A stretch of DNA of 64,000 nt. Source: Prevotella sp. (lineage in GTDB: Bacteria > Bacteroidota > Bacteroidia > Bacteroidales > Dysgonomonadaceae). The translations under genes and the position numbers were made by a program. The notes beneath the pieces were generated by a model that made no database searches, was not told where the DNA came from, and saw only the letters and a list, made by a program, of their open reading frames with translations. Each line of letters starts with the position of its first letter. Within the stretch, counting starts at the first letter, position 1. Positions 44,791-54,215 of the stretch are shown in pieces. The DNA lies in the NCBI GenBank assembly GCA_031285625.1, contig JAITVV010000056.1:139975-203974 (forward strand), in the 5' to 3' direction.

Positions 44791-45801
44791 TTAACCTCCT
44801 CCTGATACAATGATCAAGACTAATCCGGTAATAAATAGTAAGAATATCAGCGCTAGCAAATAATAAACAGACTTGGGAGAACCTTTAAATTCTTTCCAAA
44901 CAAATACGCCCCAAATTGCAGCAATCATAGGTGCACCTTGTCCAAGTGCATACGAGATCGCGGGTCCAGCCTTACCTGCCGCAATGTAGCTGAATGCCGT
45001 ACCCAAACACCATATTGCACCTCCAAGCATACCTACCAAGTGAGTAGAAAACTTTCCTTTGAAATACTCGGTATACAAAACAGGAGTGCCTACGAATGGC
45101 CTTTTCATAATAATGGTGTTAAATATAAAGTTACTAAGAAATACTCCTGCCGAAAATACAAAGATTGCAGAGTAAGGTGTCAGCATTCCTCTAGTAGGAT
45201 TTTCAAAGTTATTTAAGTCCATAGCTACAGCCACAAACCGATAGAAGAAGGACATCAATACTCCAGCAACAATAGCAAGAATAACTCCTTTCTTGTTAGT
45301 CGAAATATTTTCTAATGCATTCTTCTTTCTACTTGATGCTATGCCATTGCACATAACAGCAACGACTATAAGGGCAATTCCAATAAACAGAATTATAGGA
45401 TTACCTTTGGGAGCACCAATATAATTGATAATAACTCCCAACACTAAAGCCAAACCGACTCCTAATGGAAAAGCAACCGAAAGTCCTGAAAGGGATATTG
45501 ATGCTGACAGTAGTATATTAGAGGCATTAAATATAATTCCACCTATAATGACACTACCTATAAGAGTCCATTCGCCTTGTCCTAAGTCTTGAAGAAAAGG
45601 ACGTCCTGCATTGCCGAAGCTCCCCATCGTCAATCCTATTAGCAAACTGAACAACAACATTCCCATTACATAATCCCAGTAATAGAGTTCGTAACGCCAA
45701 CTTTTGGAAGCTAGCTTCTGTGTATTTCCCCATGACCCCCAACAAAACATGGTGATAAAACAAAAAAATACAGCCATTGCATAACTAGTTACTACAAACA
45801 T
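44791..45801 (-). CDS. GRP/DMT-family sugar permease (RbsU/RusT-like)
   Basis: About 10 TM segments, CWGSW, ISYALGQGAPMIAAIWGVFVWKEF. Directly after the ribokinase. Confidence 0.8.
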   Translation of the reverse strand: MFVVTSYAMAVFFCFITMFCWGSWGNTQKLASKSWRYELYYWDYVMGMLLFSLLIGLTMGSFGNAGRPFLQDLGQGEWTLIGSVIIGGIIFNASNILLSASISLSGLSVAFPLGVGLALVLGVIINYIGAPKGNPIILFIGIALIVVAVMCNGIASSRKKNALENISTNKKGVILAIVAGVLMSFFYRFVAVAMDLNNFENPTRGMLTPYSAIFVFSAGVFLSNFIFNTIIMKRPFVGTPVLYTEYFKGKFSTHLVGMLGGAIWCLGTAFSYIAAGKAGPAISYALGQGAPMIAAIWGVFVWKEFKGSPKSVYYLLALIFLLFITGLVLIIVSGGG

Positions 45802-45815
45802 ATTTTTATTATTTT

Positions 45816-46733
45816 TTAAATAAGTATATCTACTTCTGATCGGGTAGGTATGGAGTCTTGCGCCCCCATTCGGGTAACAGATATTGAAGAAGCCAAAGTC
45901 GCAAATTTGGCGGCTTCAACCAAGGTTTTCCCTTCTGATAGAGCTACACACAATGCTCCATTATAAACATCACCTGCTGCCGTTGTGTCTATTGCATCCA
46001 CCTTTCGGGATTTTACATAGTGAAATTCCCGATTATCGGTCAATATCAATGAGCCTTCTGTACCCAATGTTATTATCACATTATTGACACCTTTATCAGC
46101 CAATACTTCAGCTGCTTTTTTTGCCGAATCAATATTTGTTATTTGTATGCCTGATATAATTTGCGCTTCAGTTTTATTTGGAGTAATCAGATATAGTTTC
46201 TTCAAAGTGTTTGAATCTACATAGTTCGCTGGAGCAGGATTCAAAACAATTTTTACTCCAGCCCTATAGGCTATATCTACTGCATATTCTATCACATCAA
46301 TTGGTATTTCAAGTTGCATCAATAAAATAGCGGCATGCTCTATTATATTTCTTACTGAGTCTATATCTCTTCTCGACAACATGTTATTAGCACCTGATGC
46401 TACCGAAATGCAATTCTCGGCACACTTATCAACCATTATCAAAGCAATTCCTGACGGAGTATCGTCATCACGGAATATATAATCTGTATTTATTCCAGAT
46501 TTGGCATAATTTTGTATCGCTTTCTCCCCAAAGATATCTTTACCTACTTTGGCTACAAAAGTGAGGTCACCATTCATCTTTACCACTGCTACAGCTTGAT
46601 TTGCTCCCTTTCCGCCAGCAGTCATCATAAATTCTCCTCCAAGAACTGTTTCTCCAGAAGAGGGAATACGATCCGATTTAACTACCATGTCGGTATTGGA
46701 ACTACCTATTACTATTATTTTAGTTTTTTCCAT
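45816..46733 (-). CDS. rbsK: Ribokinase
   Basis: GSSNTD, GGKGANQAVA, NPAPA and DTTAAGD motifs. Confidence 0.93.
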   Translation of the reverse strand: MEKTKIIVIGSSNTDMVVKSDRIPSSGETVLGGEFMMTAGGKGANQAVAVVKMNGDLTFVAKVGKDIFGEKAIQNYAKSGINTDYIFRDDDTPSGIALIMVDKCAENCISVASGANNMLSRRDIDSVRNIIEHAAILLMQLEIPIDVIEYAVDIAYRAGVKIVLNPAPANYVDSNTLKKLYLITPNKTEAQIISGIQITNIDSAKKAAEVLADKGVNNVIITLGTEGSLILTDNREFHYVKSRKVDAIDTTAAGDVYNGALCVALSEGKTLVEAAKFATLASSISVTRMGAQDSIPTRSEVDILI

Positions 46734-46745
46734 TTTTTTTATAAC

Positions 46746-49547
46746 TTAATATTTAAAATGCTTAATCTCAGATTCTTTTCCATTCAATGTAGACGCTATA
46801 GAAATCGTGCCTCTGCTCAAAGGCAATTGTTTATTTATATGAATAAAATCAATTCTTGAAGCTCTGATATTTATAGTTTCTACTGCTTGAGTCCTTTTAT
46901 CCGTTATTCGAACGACATAACCATCAGCCCTTGGAGGAGGAGTAAAAGACAGTATGCACAGACCTTTACCCTCAATAATACCTATAGGCTTTGGTGCTTT
47001 CGGAGCGCTCTCTTTTGTTGTTTCCACTTCTATATCATGGGACCAGTCACTAGCAAACCCCCATTCCATAAGCCGTCTCATACGTATAAAATATTTAGTA
47101 TCTTCTTTAAGACCATCAATTCTTATCATTCCTTTGTGTGGTAGCTGCAAATAACTGTTTTCATCATAGATCGATGCAGTATCTCTGTATTGTATTTGAT
47201 AAGTATAATCTTGTTCTGAACTCGAAAAGCTAATATTGCATGTATTATCTTCACAGATTGTAGACCATATTACAGGAGGTTTTTCGTTACTTGATGTGGT
47301 GACCTCAAACGGATGCGGCTTGCTTTCTCCAAAGTTGTTGAGGGCAATCAATTCCATCTGATATCTTTTATTATATTTCAAATCATGGATTTCTACAAAA
47401 TTATTAATTGTTTCAGCAGTCTCTTTTATTGTTCCTTCGTCATCAGTATATCTCACTTTCCATGCTGTAGCTAATGGAGACTGCTTAAATATCACCCTAA
47501 CTGATTTGATATCAGTGTGGATTGCCAATACTTCCGGTTGTCTTGGCAATACTAGCAATGCAATGGTATCCATAACCGAATAACCAAGTGCTGAAACAAG
47601 TGACAGTCTTATACTACTGAACTGTTTTAAATCTTTTTTCCAATCCAAATTGATATTTGCCGGCTGATCCCCAGGATTAAGTGCTCCGATGTATTGGAAA
47701 CCACCTTCAATCAGTTGACCATTGACGTCAAGGCCTTGCCAAATGACCTTATAGTCTTCCAAACTATAAGACGGGATATCACCAATTTCACGAGGTGTTA
47801 TAATTACATTGTTATAATCTTTGAGGAACATTTTTCTTACGGGTGCATATTCTTTTCTAAACTGATAATATGCCCGTTTCTTTTCTCTCGTTGTGGTTAC
47901 TACTCCCCAACTCCTATTACCTGACGAAGGGGTTCCCGAATAAGAACTTCTATAGTCGTTGAATGTCCAATATGATGCACCAACAATATATGGCTTATCT
48001 CTCATTTGTGACAGCATTTCAGCGACATTAATAAATCCAAGATTCGGATCTTCCGAAGTGATTTTATTACCAAATTCAGAATAGAAAATAGGTTTTCCCG
48101 GATAGTATGTATTTGTTTTTATGGCATCTTCTCCCCAGTTGCTATATCTATTTAGCATAATCATATCAGAAAAAACAATCGCATCGTTCTTGTTGATATG
48201 TGCAGAGTTAGATACGTAAACGGCTAACCTTGTACTATCTAGCTGTTTAGAATGTTTTATAGCCCCTTCTACATACTCCCTGACTTTGGGATTCATGCTA
48301 GGATAACCAATCTCGTTACCAACACTCCAACCAATAATAGAGGGATGATTAAATCTTTCTTTAATCATTCTTGCCAGCCACTCTTTAGGTGTAGGATGTT
48401 CAGGGTCTACCATTTCATCTTTTCCCCACAAAGCAACTTCTTCGAAAGTCATAATTCCTTTCTCGTCCAAGTAGTCTAAAAATGATTTGGGTAAAGGTTG
48501 ATGGTTTAAGCGAGCCATATTAGCCCCTATTGATTTCATGAGGTCAACATCTTCCATTATACGCCACATGGGCAATGTGCTTCCTATTGTTCTATCTTCT
48601 GGAACAAGATTGAATCCTACTGTTCTTACAGCTTCTCCATTGAGCAAAAAACTTTCTCCTTTAACCTCAATTTTGCGAATTCCGAACCGATCATTCAATT
48701 CATGTATCACCTTTCCCTCTTTCTTCAATTTTATATTACATGTATAAAGATAAGGAGAATCGAAATGCCATAAATTTACATTGTTTTTAGGAAGAAAGAT
48801 AGAGGATATTATCCCTTTTTTTTCACCACCAGACACATTTGTCAATGCCTTTTCATTATAAACAATCTTTTTTTCTGCATTTACTATGTTTATCTCATAA
48901 TCCAACTTCTGACTCAAGATCCCATTATTGGATAGTTCAAATTTAACATTTATAGCAGCATCCATTTTTTTTAGGTCAGGAATAGCTGTAATGTGTATAT
49001 ATTCCAGCCGTTCTTTTTCTGTTACCTCTAGCCATACCGGTCGTCTTATTCCTCCCCAGTTCCACATTGCTCCTCGTTTGAAAGTATTGTCTACTAATAC
49101 CGTTATTTTGTTTTCTTCCCCAAATTTCAGATATTTATCAATATCGAAAGAGAATGACAAAAATCCTAAATGATTTTCACCTACTTTTTGTCCATTAATC
49201 CATACAATAGCATCATTATAGACAGATTCAAAAATCAGACGGATCATTTTATCGGTTTTGTCAGCCTCTACAAAAAAAGTGCGAGAATACCATGCTTTTC
49301 CAGCATAATTGGAATATTCATTCTCTATATCCCAATTACCAGGAACTTGCATGTTTTGCCATGTTGATATATCCATTAATTCAGAATACCATTTATCTTC
49401 AATTCCCTTATTGTAAGGGTCTGTCTTGAAACTCCAAACTCCATTTAAAGGAATGTTTTTATTTACAGCTTCAATTCTATGAATTGTTCCAATAAAACAT
49501 AGGAAAAGTGTAAATATCACAACCCTTATTCTAATTTGACCATCCAT
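46746..49547 (-). CDS. GH2 glycoside hydrolase with C-terminal FN3-like domains
   Basis: Signal peptide, WGGIRRPV, RFGIR, HPSIIGWSVGNE (acid/base) and SEFG (nucleophile). Confidence 0.88.
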   Translation of the reverse strand: MDGQIRIRVVIFTLFLCFIGTIHRIEAVNKNIPLNGVWSFKTDPYNKGIEDKWYSELMDISTWQNMQVPGNWDIENEYSNYAGKAWYSRTFFVEADKTDKMIRLIFESVYNDAIVWINGQKVGENHLGFLSFSFDIDKYLKFGEENKITVLVDNTFKRGAMWNWGGIRRPVWLEVTEKERLEYIHITAIPDLKKMDAAINVKFELSNNGILSQKLDYEINIVNAEKKIVYNEKALTNVSGGEKKGIISSIFLPKNNVNLWHFDSPYLYTCNIKLKKEGKVIHELNDRFGIRKIEVKGESFLLNGEAVRTVGFNLVPEDRTIGSTLPMWRIMEDVDLMKSIGANMARLNHQPLPKSFLDYLDEKGIMTFEEVALWGKDEMVDPEHPTPKEWLARMIKERFNHPSIIGWSVGNEIGYPSMNPKVREYVEGAIKHSKQLDSTRLAVYVSNSAHINKNDAIVFSDMIMLNRYSNWGEDAIKTNTYYPGKPIFYSEFGNKITSEDPNLGFINVAEMLSQMRDKPYIVGASYWTFNDYRSSYSGTPSSGNRSWGVVTTTREKKRAYYQFRKEYAPVRKMFLKDYNNVIITPREIGDIPSYSLEDYKVIWQGLDVNGQLIEGGFQYIGALNPGDQPANINLDWKKDLKQFSSIRLSLVSALGYSVMDTIALLVLPRQPEVLAIHTDIKSVRVIFKQSPLATAWKVRYTDDEGTIKETAETINNFVEIHDLKYNKRYQMELIALNNFGESKPHPFEVTTSSNEKPPVIWSTICEDNTCNISFSSSEQDYTYQIQYRDTASIYDENSYLQLPHKGMIRIDGLKEDTKYFIRMRRLMEWGFASDWSHDIEVETTKESAPKAPKPIGIIEGKGLCILSFTPPPRADGYVVRITDKRTQAVETINIRASRIDFIHINKQLPLSRGTISIASTLNGKESEIKHFKY

Positions 49548-50595
49548 TGTTGTTCTTATTTATCGGTTTATGCATCATGTACTTCTCAATTAAAATAGCC
49601 ATCTCTTGAAAGGAATATTTATGTTTTAATATAAAATGTTGTCCATTTGAATAGGCTTTCCAAGTATTGCTTCCGTCATCATTTATGGATACCGTTCCTC
49701 GTTCTATATTGAAGTATTTATCTCCGCAAACAGCGGCTAATACGGCTGTTTGGTCATAACTGGCTCTTCCTCCCATTTCGTATCTTGAATTGTCAAATTC
49801 AATCATGTCCTGAGGAATAGAAATTGCATAAGCATCTTTAATTGGATTGTTGTTTGTTTCTTTTATCAATCTATCTCCTGTTCTGATATATCTGCCAATT
49901 TCGACGCCACTAAATATTATACAGGATGGCCAATTTTCCACAACATATTTGGTGCTTACGGCATCGGCATACGCATTATACTCTTTACCTTCAGGAAAAC
50001 GGCATGCCATAGAGATTAACTCTTTTACTTTTACAGTCACTAACTCTTGGCCTGACATATTACTTATTTCATCTGGAGGGGATTGTAATAGGTTTTTGAG
50101 ATTTGTAAAAAAACCAACAGTAACAATAATTACACTATTATCAGCTTGCTGAGACAGTATCTGTCGATATACTTTGACAGCGTCCTCCGGTTCTGAAGAT
50201 ATAGATTGGCTGAAAGGATATTTTTTCAATAGCTCTTCTGTCCATTTTTCGCCTTTATGCCATGTGTCATTATTTTTCGCATTTGTATCTTTAGTAACAC
50301 CTATAGGTATATTGGGCTTATTGAAATAAGTATTTATCATACTTATAAGTTGAGTTGTATTCTCCATCTTATTTGACGAAACGGTAGCCAAAATATCAAC
50401 ATAACCACTATCCGCAAATGCGTGAAGAACTGCCAATGCTCCCACATCATCGTAATCTGGTCCCATATCTGTATCAAAGATAATAGGAATAGGTCGGCTT
50501 CGGGGCGAATCAGGAGTCGTTTGCCAGGTACAAGAAGTATACGCTCCTATTATTAGCAGTATCGTTATAACGAATAGGCTTGTTCGTATTTTCAT
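49531..50595 (-). CDS. Nucleoside hydrolase (IU-NH family), lipoprotein
   Basis: FDTDMGPDYDD Asp motif, EYN motif and lipobox YTSC. Confidence 0.9.
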   Translation of the reverse strand: MKIRTSLFVITILLIIGAYTSCTWQTTPDSPRSRPIPIIFDTDMGPDYDDVGALAVLHAFADSGYVDILATVSSNKMENTTQLISMINTYFNKPNIPIGVTKDTNAKNNDTWHKGEKWTEELLKKYPFSQSISSEPEDAVKVYRQILSQQADNSVIIVTVGFFTNLKNLLQSPPDEISNMSGQELVTVKVKELISMACRFPEGKEYNAYADAVSTKYVVENWPSCIIFSGVEIGRYIRTGDRLIKETNNNPIKDAYAISIPQDMIEFDNSRYEMGGRASYDQTAVLAAVCGDKYFNIERGTVSINDDGSNTWKAYSNGQHFILKHKYSFQEMAILIEKYMMHKPINKNNNGWSN

Positions 50596-50687
50596 GGTAT
50601 AATCAATTTATGATAGTAAAAGAGAAAGATTAGAGAAACACAAGATACTGTAATCTTGTCTTTTTCTAACCTTTCATTATTGAAAAT

Positions 50688-52514
50688 CTATTTGTGCGTT
50701 ACGTTAGTTTCTTCTCCAACCCCAGTAGGTGTGAAGTTTTTGTCAGTTGTTAGCAATATCTTGTCACATCTAACCCAGAAAAGAGAAGTGTCAAGCATCT
50801 CTATATTACAATCTCCTTCCGAGAGAGTAAATTCGCCTCCATACTGCCAATCGTAAGGTTCTGTACTTCCGTGGGTGCCAAATGGTTGAGTGGCAGATTT
50901 TCCATTTATACTTACCTCAAACTTCCGACGTCCAGGCTGATCATTAACCATATCTTTTGATCTTACCCAAAGATGATATTTCCCCGATTTAGTTATACTA
51001 AACGTTGTTTTGGCAATCAATAAACTCTCGTCTTCCGGTTTCTTAGTTTGCCCCATCAAAACCCTATTACCTGCATCTGAACCAACGGTCCACCCTCCTT
51101 TGTTTGTAAAATCTTCGGATTCAATCCAAAAGGTAATTTTTTCTTGTTCTTTTTCCACATGCTCCACATTGCCATCACCACCTATACCACTAGGGACAAA
51201 ATTTTTATCTGACGTAAATAGCATTTTGTCACATTTAGCATAATAACAAGAACTATCATATAACTCTATTTCATTCTCTCCTTCGTTCAGATATACAGAT
51301 CCTCCTTTTTCCCAATCATAAAGATTATCACTGGCATGTTTTCCAAATCCAGGGAATACTGCTCCATTAACACGTACTTGGAAGTGTCTTGTTCCGGGTA
51401 AGCTGTTTTTGAAATCTTTTGATCTTACCCAAAGAATATATTCTCCTGCTTTTTCTACTTTTATTCTTGTCCTCGCAAATTTATCTTCCTCAACCTCAGG
51501 TTTCTTAGAGTTCCCCCCTAATACCATGTGGTTTTCATCCCGTAGTTCAGTCCACCCTCCTTTTTCAACAAAATCTTCTGCTTCAACCCATAGGTCTATG
51601 CCCTCTGAAGATGTTTCTCCCTCCATCTCTTTCAGTACTTGTAAAAAATATTTCTTTCTGTTTTTGTAAGCATCAGATTCCTCATTTGGCTCAAAGCAGC
51701 GGAGATAGTCCCATAAAACCTCACTATTACCTTCCGGAGTTTTAGTTGCTATAGTAGTCAACCACAAATGAATTTTTTGGTGTTGAATATTTCTAATATC
51801 TACTGTTTTTATTAGATTTCCATTCAGAAAATAATTTATGTATTCTTCTGCATACTCAAATCCGTATGTATTAAATTGGGTAGTAAGGTCTACATCTCCA
51901 AAGTGCATATCTCTATGAATAGAGTTGTTCTTGAAATTAGGCCACTCTCCTTCGACCTGATACATTCCAAATGTGTATGTTGTATTATCATAATCAGCAG
52001 TATGTTCGAAACAGTCAATCTCTGTTTTAGGAGCTGTTTGCCAACCTTCAAAATAAGAGTCAGTTTTGTTGCTGTTTGACCAATGCCCCCAAAAGGATTC
52101 ATGCCAACCTTTTACAGGAGATAATTTTGCAGATACTTCATAGTATCCGAATTTAAATCGCTCTCTAGTTATTAAACCTCCTGCTGTAGTCTCGTATGTT
52201 TTGCCACTTGAAGCATCAACATATTCTTCTTTAGTCAAAGTAATTTTCATATATCCATCCGAAATAGATACATTTTCGGGGCGACACATGGTAGATCCGA
52301 TCCACGATTCCCAATTTCGGTATGTCCATTTACTCTCATCTACTTCATCGCCGTCAAATTCATCTCCCCAGACCCACATATATCCATCTATAGGGGATTT
52401 TATGGTAGGTTTAGCCCCATCTGGATTCTTTTCATCATCAACATGATTTAATTCAACATTGCAGCCGAATCCTATAAAAAGTAATAATGGTAGAGCCAAT
52501 AAAAAGTTCTTCAT
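50688..52514 (-). CDS. GH16 lipoprotein with two tandem C-terminal beta-sandwich domains
   Basis: Lipobox GFGC, WGDEFDG, GYYEV and the EIDCFE (ExDxxE) catalytic motif. Duplicated ~145-aa domain. Confidence 0.85.
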   Translation of the reverse strand: MKNFLLALPLLLFIGFGCNVELNHVDDEKNPDGAKPTIKSPIDGYMWVWGDEFDGDEVDESKWTYRNWESWIGSTMCRPENVSISDGYMKITLTKEEYVDASSGKTYETTAGGLITRERFKFGYYEVSAKLSPVKGWHESFWGHWSNSNKTDSYFEGWQTAPKTEIDCFEHTADYDNTTYTFGMYQVEGEWPNFKNNSIHRDMHFGDVDLTTQFNTYGFEYAEEYINYFLNGNLIKTVDIRNIQHQKIHLWLTTIATKTPEGNSEVLWDYLRCFEPNEESDAYKNRKKYFLQVLKEMEGETSSEGIDLWVEAEDFVEKGGWTELRDENHMVLGGNSKKPEVEEDKFARTRIKVEKAGEYILWVRSKDFKNSLPGTRHFQVRVNGAVFPGFGKHASDNLYDWEKGGSVYLNEGENEIELYDSSCYYAKCDKMLFTSDKNFVPSGIGGDGNVEHVEKEQEKITFWIESEDFTNKGGWTVGSDAGNRVLMGQTKKPEDESLLIAKTTFSITKSGKYHLWVRSKDMVNDQPGRRKFEVSINGKSATQPFGTHGSTEPYDWQYGGEFTLSEGDCNIEMLDTSLFWVRCDKILLTTDKNFTPTGVGEETNVTHK

Positions 52515-52544
52515 AATTATTTATTTTTGGTTAAACTTGAATTT

Positions 52545-54203
52545 TTAATACCCATCATTTTGGGAAAGATTAGGATTTAAGTCTCTCTCTGTTTGAGGTA
52601 TAGCCCACAAGTAATCTCTGCCTTTATCAAACTTGCGAACTTGTATTGTTTTAAATACCTGATCTTGATTTGAATAATGAGGATGACCAAATTGATCAAA
52701 AGTTGGAATTCCCGGATTGTACCAATATGCTTTATTCTTTCGCCCTGGCATATTACCCGGTATCACATGTTCTGCTATTTGCCATCTCCTAATATCATAA
52801 AGTCTAAAACCCTCGCCTGCCAATTCGATTTTTCGTTCTTGACGAACTATTTTGCGAAAAGTATCTTGGGCTAAATTCGTGCCAATATGTGGCATATTAA
52901 CTCGGTCACGAAGATCGTTTATGGCTTTATATGTTGTTGCATCTATCTGATTAAGCTCAATACAGGCTTCAGCATATGTAAGTAATACTTCTCCCAACCT
53001 TAGAATCTTTAATGGCATCACACCTTCTTGTGCCCAACTTTTCCAATATTGAGTCTCATCCCAATTCTTTCTCCACAAGTATCCTGTAAATGTTGCATAC
53101 TGATTTGTAACTTCTAAGTTTCCTATTCGTTTTGATACACCATTTTCGATTCTGTATGTTTGGATACTGTCGGGGTGAGTTTCGAACAGATCTCCACCAA
53201 ACCATGTTTGAGGAACAATGATACTTTGCTTTAGCCTAGGGTCTCTATTTTCAAATGGTTTTTCTTGTTCATATAATGGTGATTCATCTATAGGTTTGCC
53301 GTCAGTACATAAGTAAGAGTCTATCAACATCTGAGAGGGTACTGCCGTACTCCAATTACCTGTACCAGCTCTACCTCCTAAGAAGATATGGTCATTATTG
53401 TAATGTACGTCTTTATGATATGATAACTGAAAGATTATTTCTTTGCTGTTATTTCCTTCTAATTGAAATAGGTCTCCATATTGGGGATGTAGTTTATAAT
53501 CTAGTTTCATCACATTCAAAGCAGCGGTTCTTGCAATTTCATACTCTCCATTATATAAAGCAATTCTAGCTTTTAATGCATATGCCGCACCTTTTGTTAC
53601 TCTTCCTGCATCTCTTCCTTCATATTTTTCGGGAAGAATATTAGCCGCATTTTCCAAATCGGTCAATATATGAGAAATTATCTCATCTTTAGGCTTTCTT
53701 GGCAATTGAGAATCACTAATTGATATTGAAGTCGTGAGGAAAGGTACATCGCCAAACCTTTCAGTCAAATGCATATAATGGTAGGCTCGAATAAATTTGA
53801 CTTCACTCTCTATCCTATCACAAAGAACTTCATTTATTCTACTCCTTGCTATATCCATATTTTCAAGGATAAAATTAGCTCTTTGAATACCTTTATATGA
53901 ATGTTTCCAATGAGTTGTAAACATCCTAGTATTCACACTACCTGTTAGTATACCCTCCGAACTTTCATAGCCTCCCCTGATATAACCAAGGTCGGTAATA
54001 TTATCCCAAAACAATTCATCTTGAAGATGTCCACCATCTCTTTTATACAATGAGTTGTAAACGCCAATAGTTGCAGTTTCTAGTTCTTCTTTCGATTTTG
54101 GAAAATCAGAACTTGATGGCGAGTCAAGAGGGGATTTGTCCAAGAAGTCGGAACAAGAAGCAAAACATAATGTTGCCAATATCAATATTATATATTTTTT
54201 CAT
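52545..54203 (-). CDS. susD: SusD/RagB-family lipoprotein
   Basis: ASCSDFLD, FGDVP, GRVTKGAA and ERKIELAGEG.R.YDIRRW motifs. Confidence 0.95.
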   Translation of the reverse strand: MKKYIILILATLCFASCSDFLDKSPLDSPSSSDFPKSKEELETATIGVYNSLYKRDGGHLQDELFWDNITDLGYIRGGYESSEGILTGSVNTRMFTTHWKHSYKGIQRANFILENMDIARSRINEVLCDRIESEVKFIRAYHYMHLTERFGDVPFLTTSISISDSQLPRKPKDEIISHILTDLENAANILPEKYEGRDAGRVTKGAAYALKARIALYNGEYEIARTAALNVMKLDYKLHPQYGDLFQLEGNNSKEIIFQLSYHKDVHYNNDHIFLGGRAGTGNWSTAVPSQMLIDSYLCTDGKPIDESPLYEQEKPFENRDPRLKQSIIVPQTWFGGDLFETHPDSIQTYRIENGVSKRIGNLEVTNQYATFTGYLWRKNWDETQYWKSWAQEGVMPLKILRLGEVLLTYAEACIELNQIDATTYKAINDLRDRVNMPHIGTNLAQDTFRKIVRQERKIELAGEGFRLYDIRRWQIAEHVIPGNMPGRKNKAYWYNPGIPTFDQFGHPHYSNQDQVFKTIQVRKFDKGRDYLWAIPQTERDLNPNLSQNDGY

Positions 54204-54215
54204 AACCAGTAGTAA

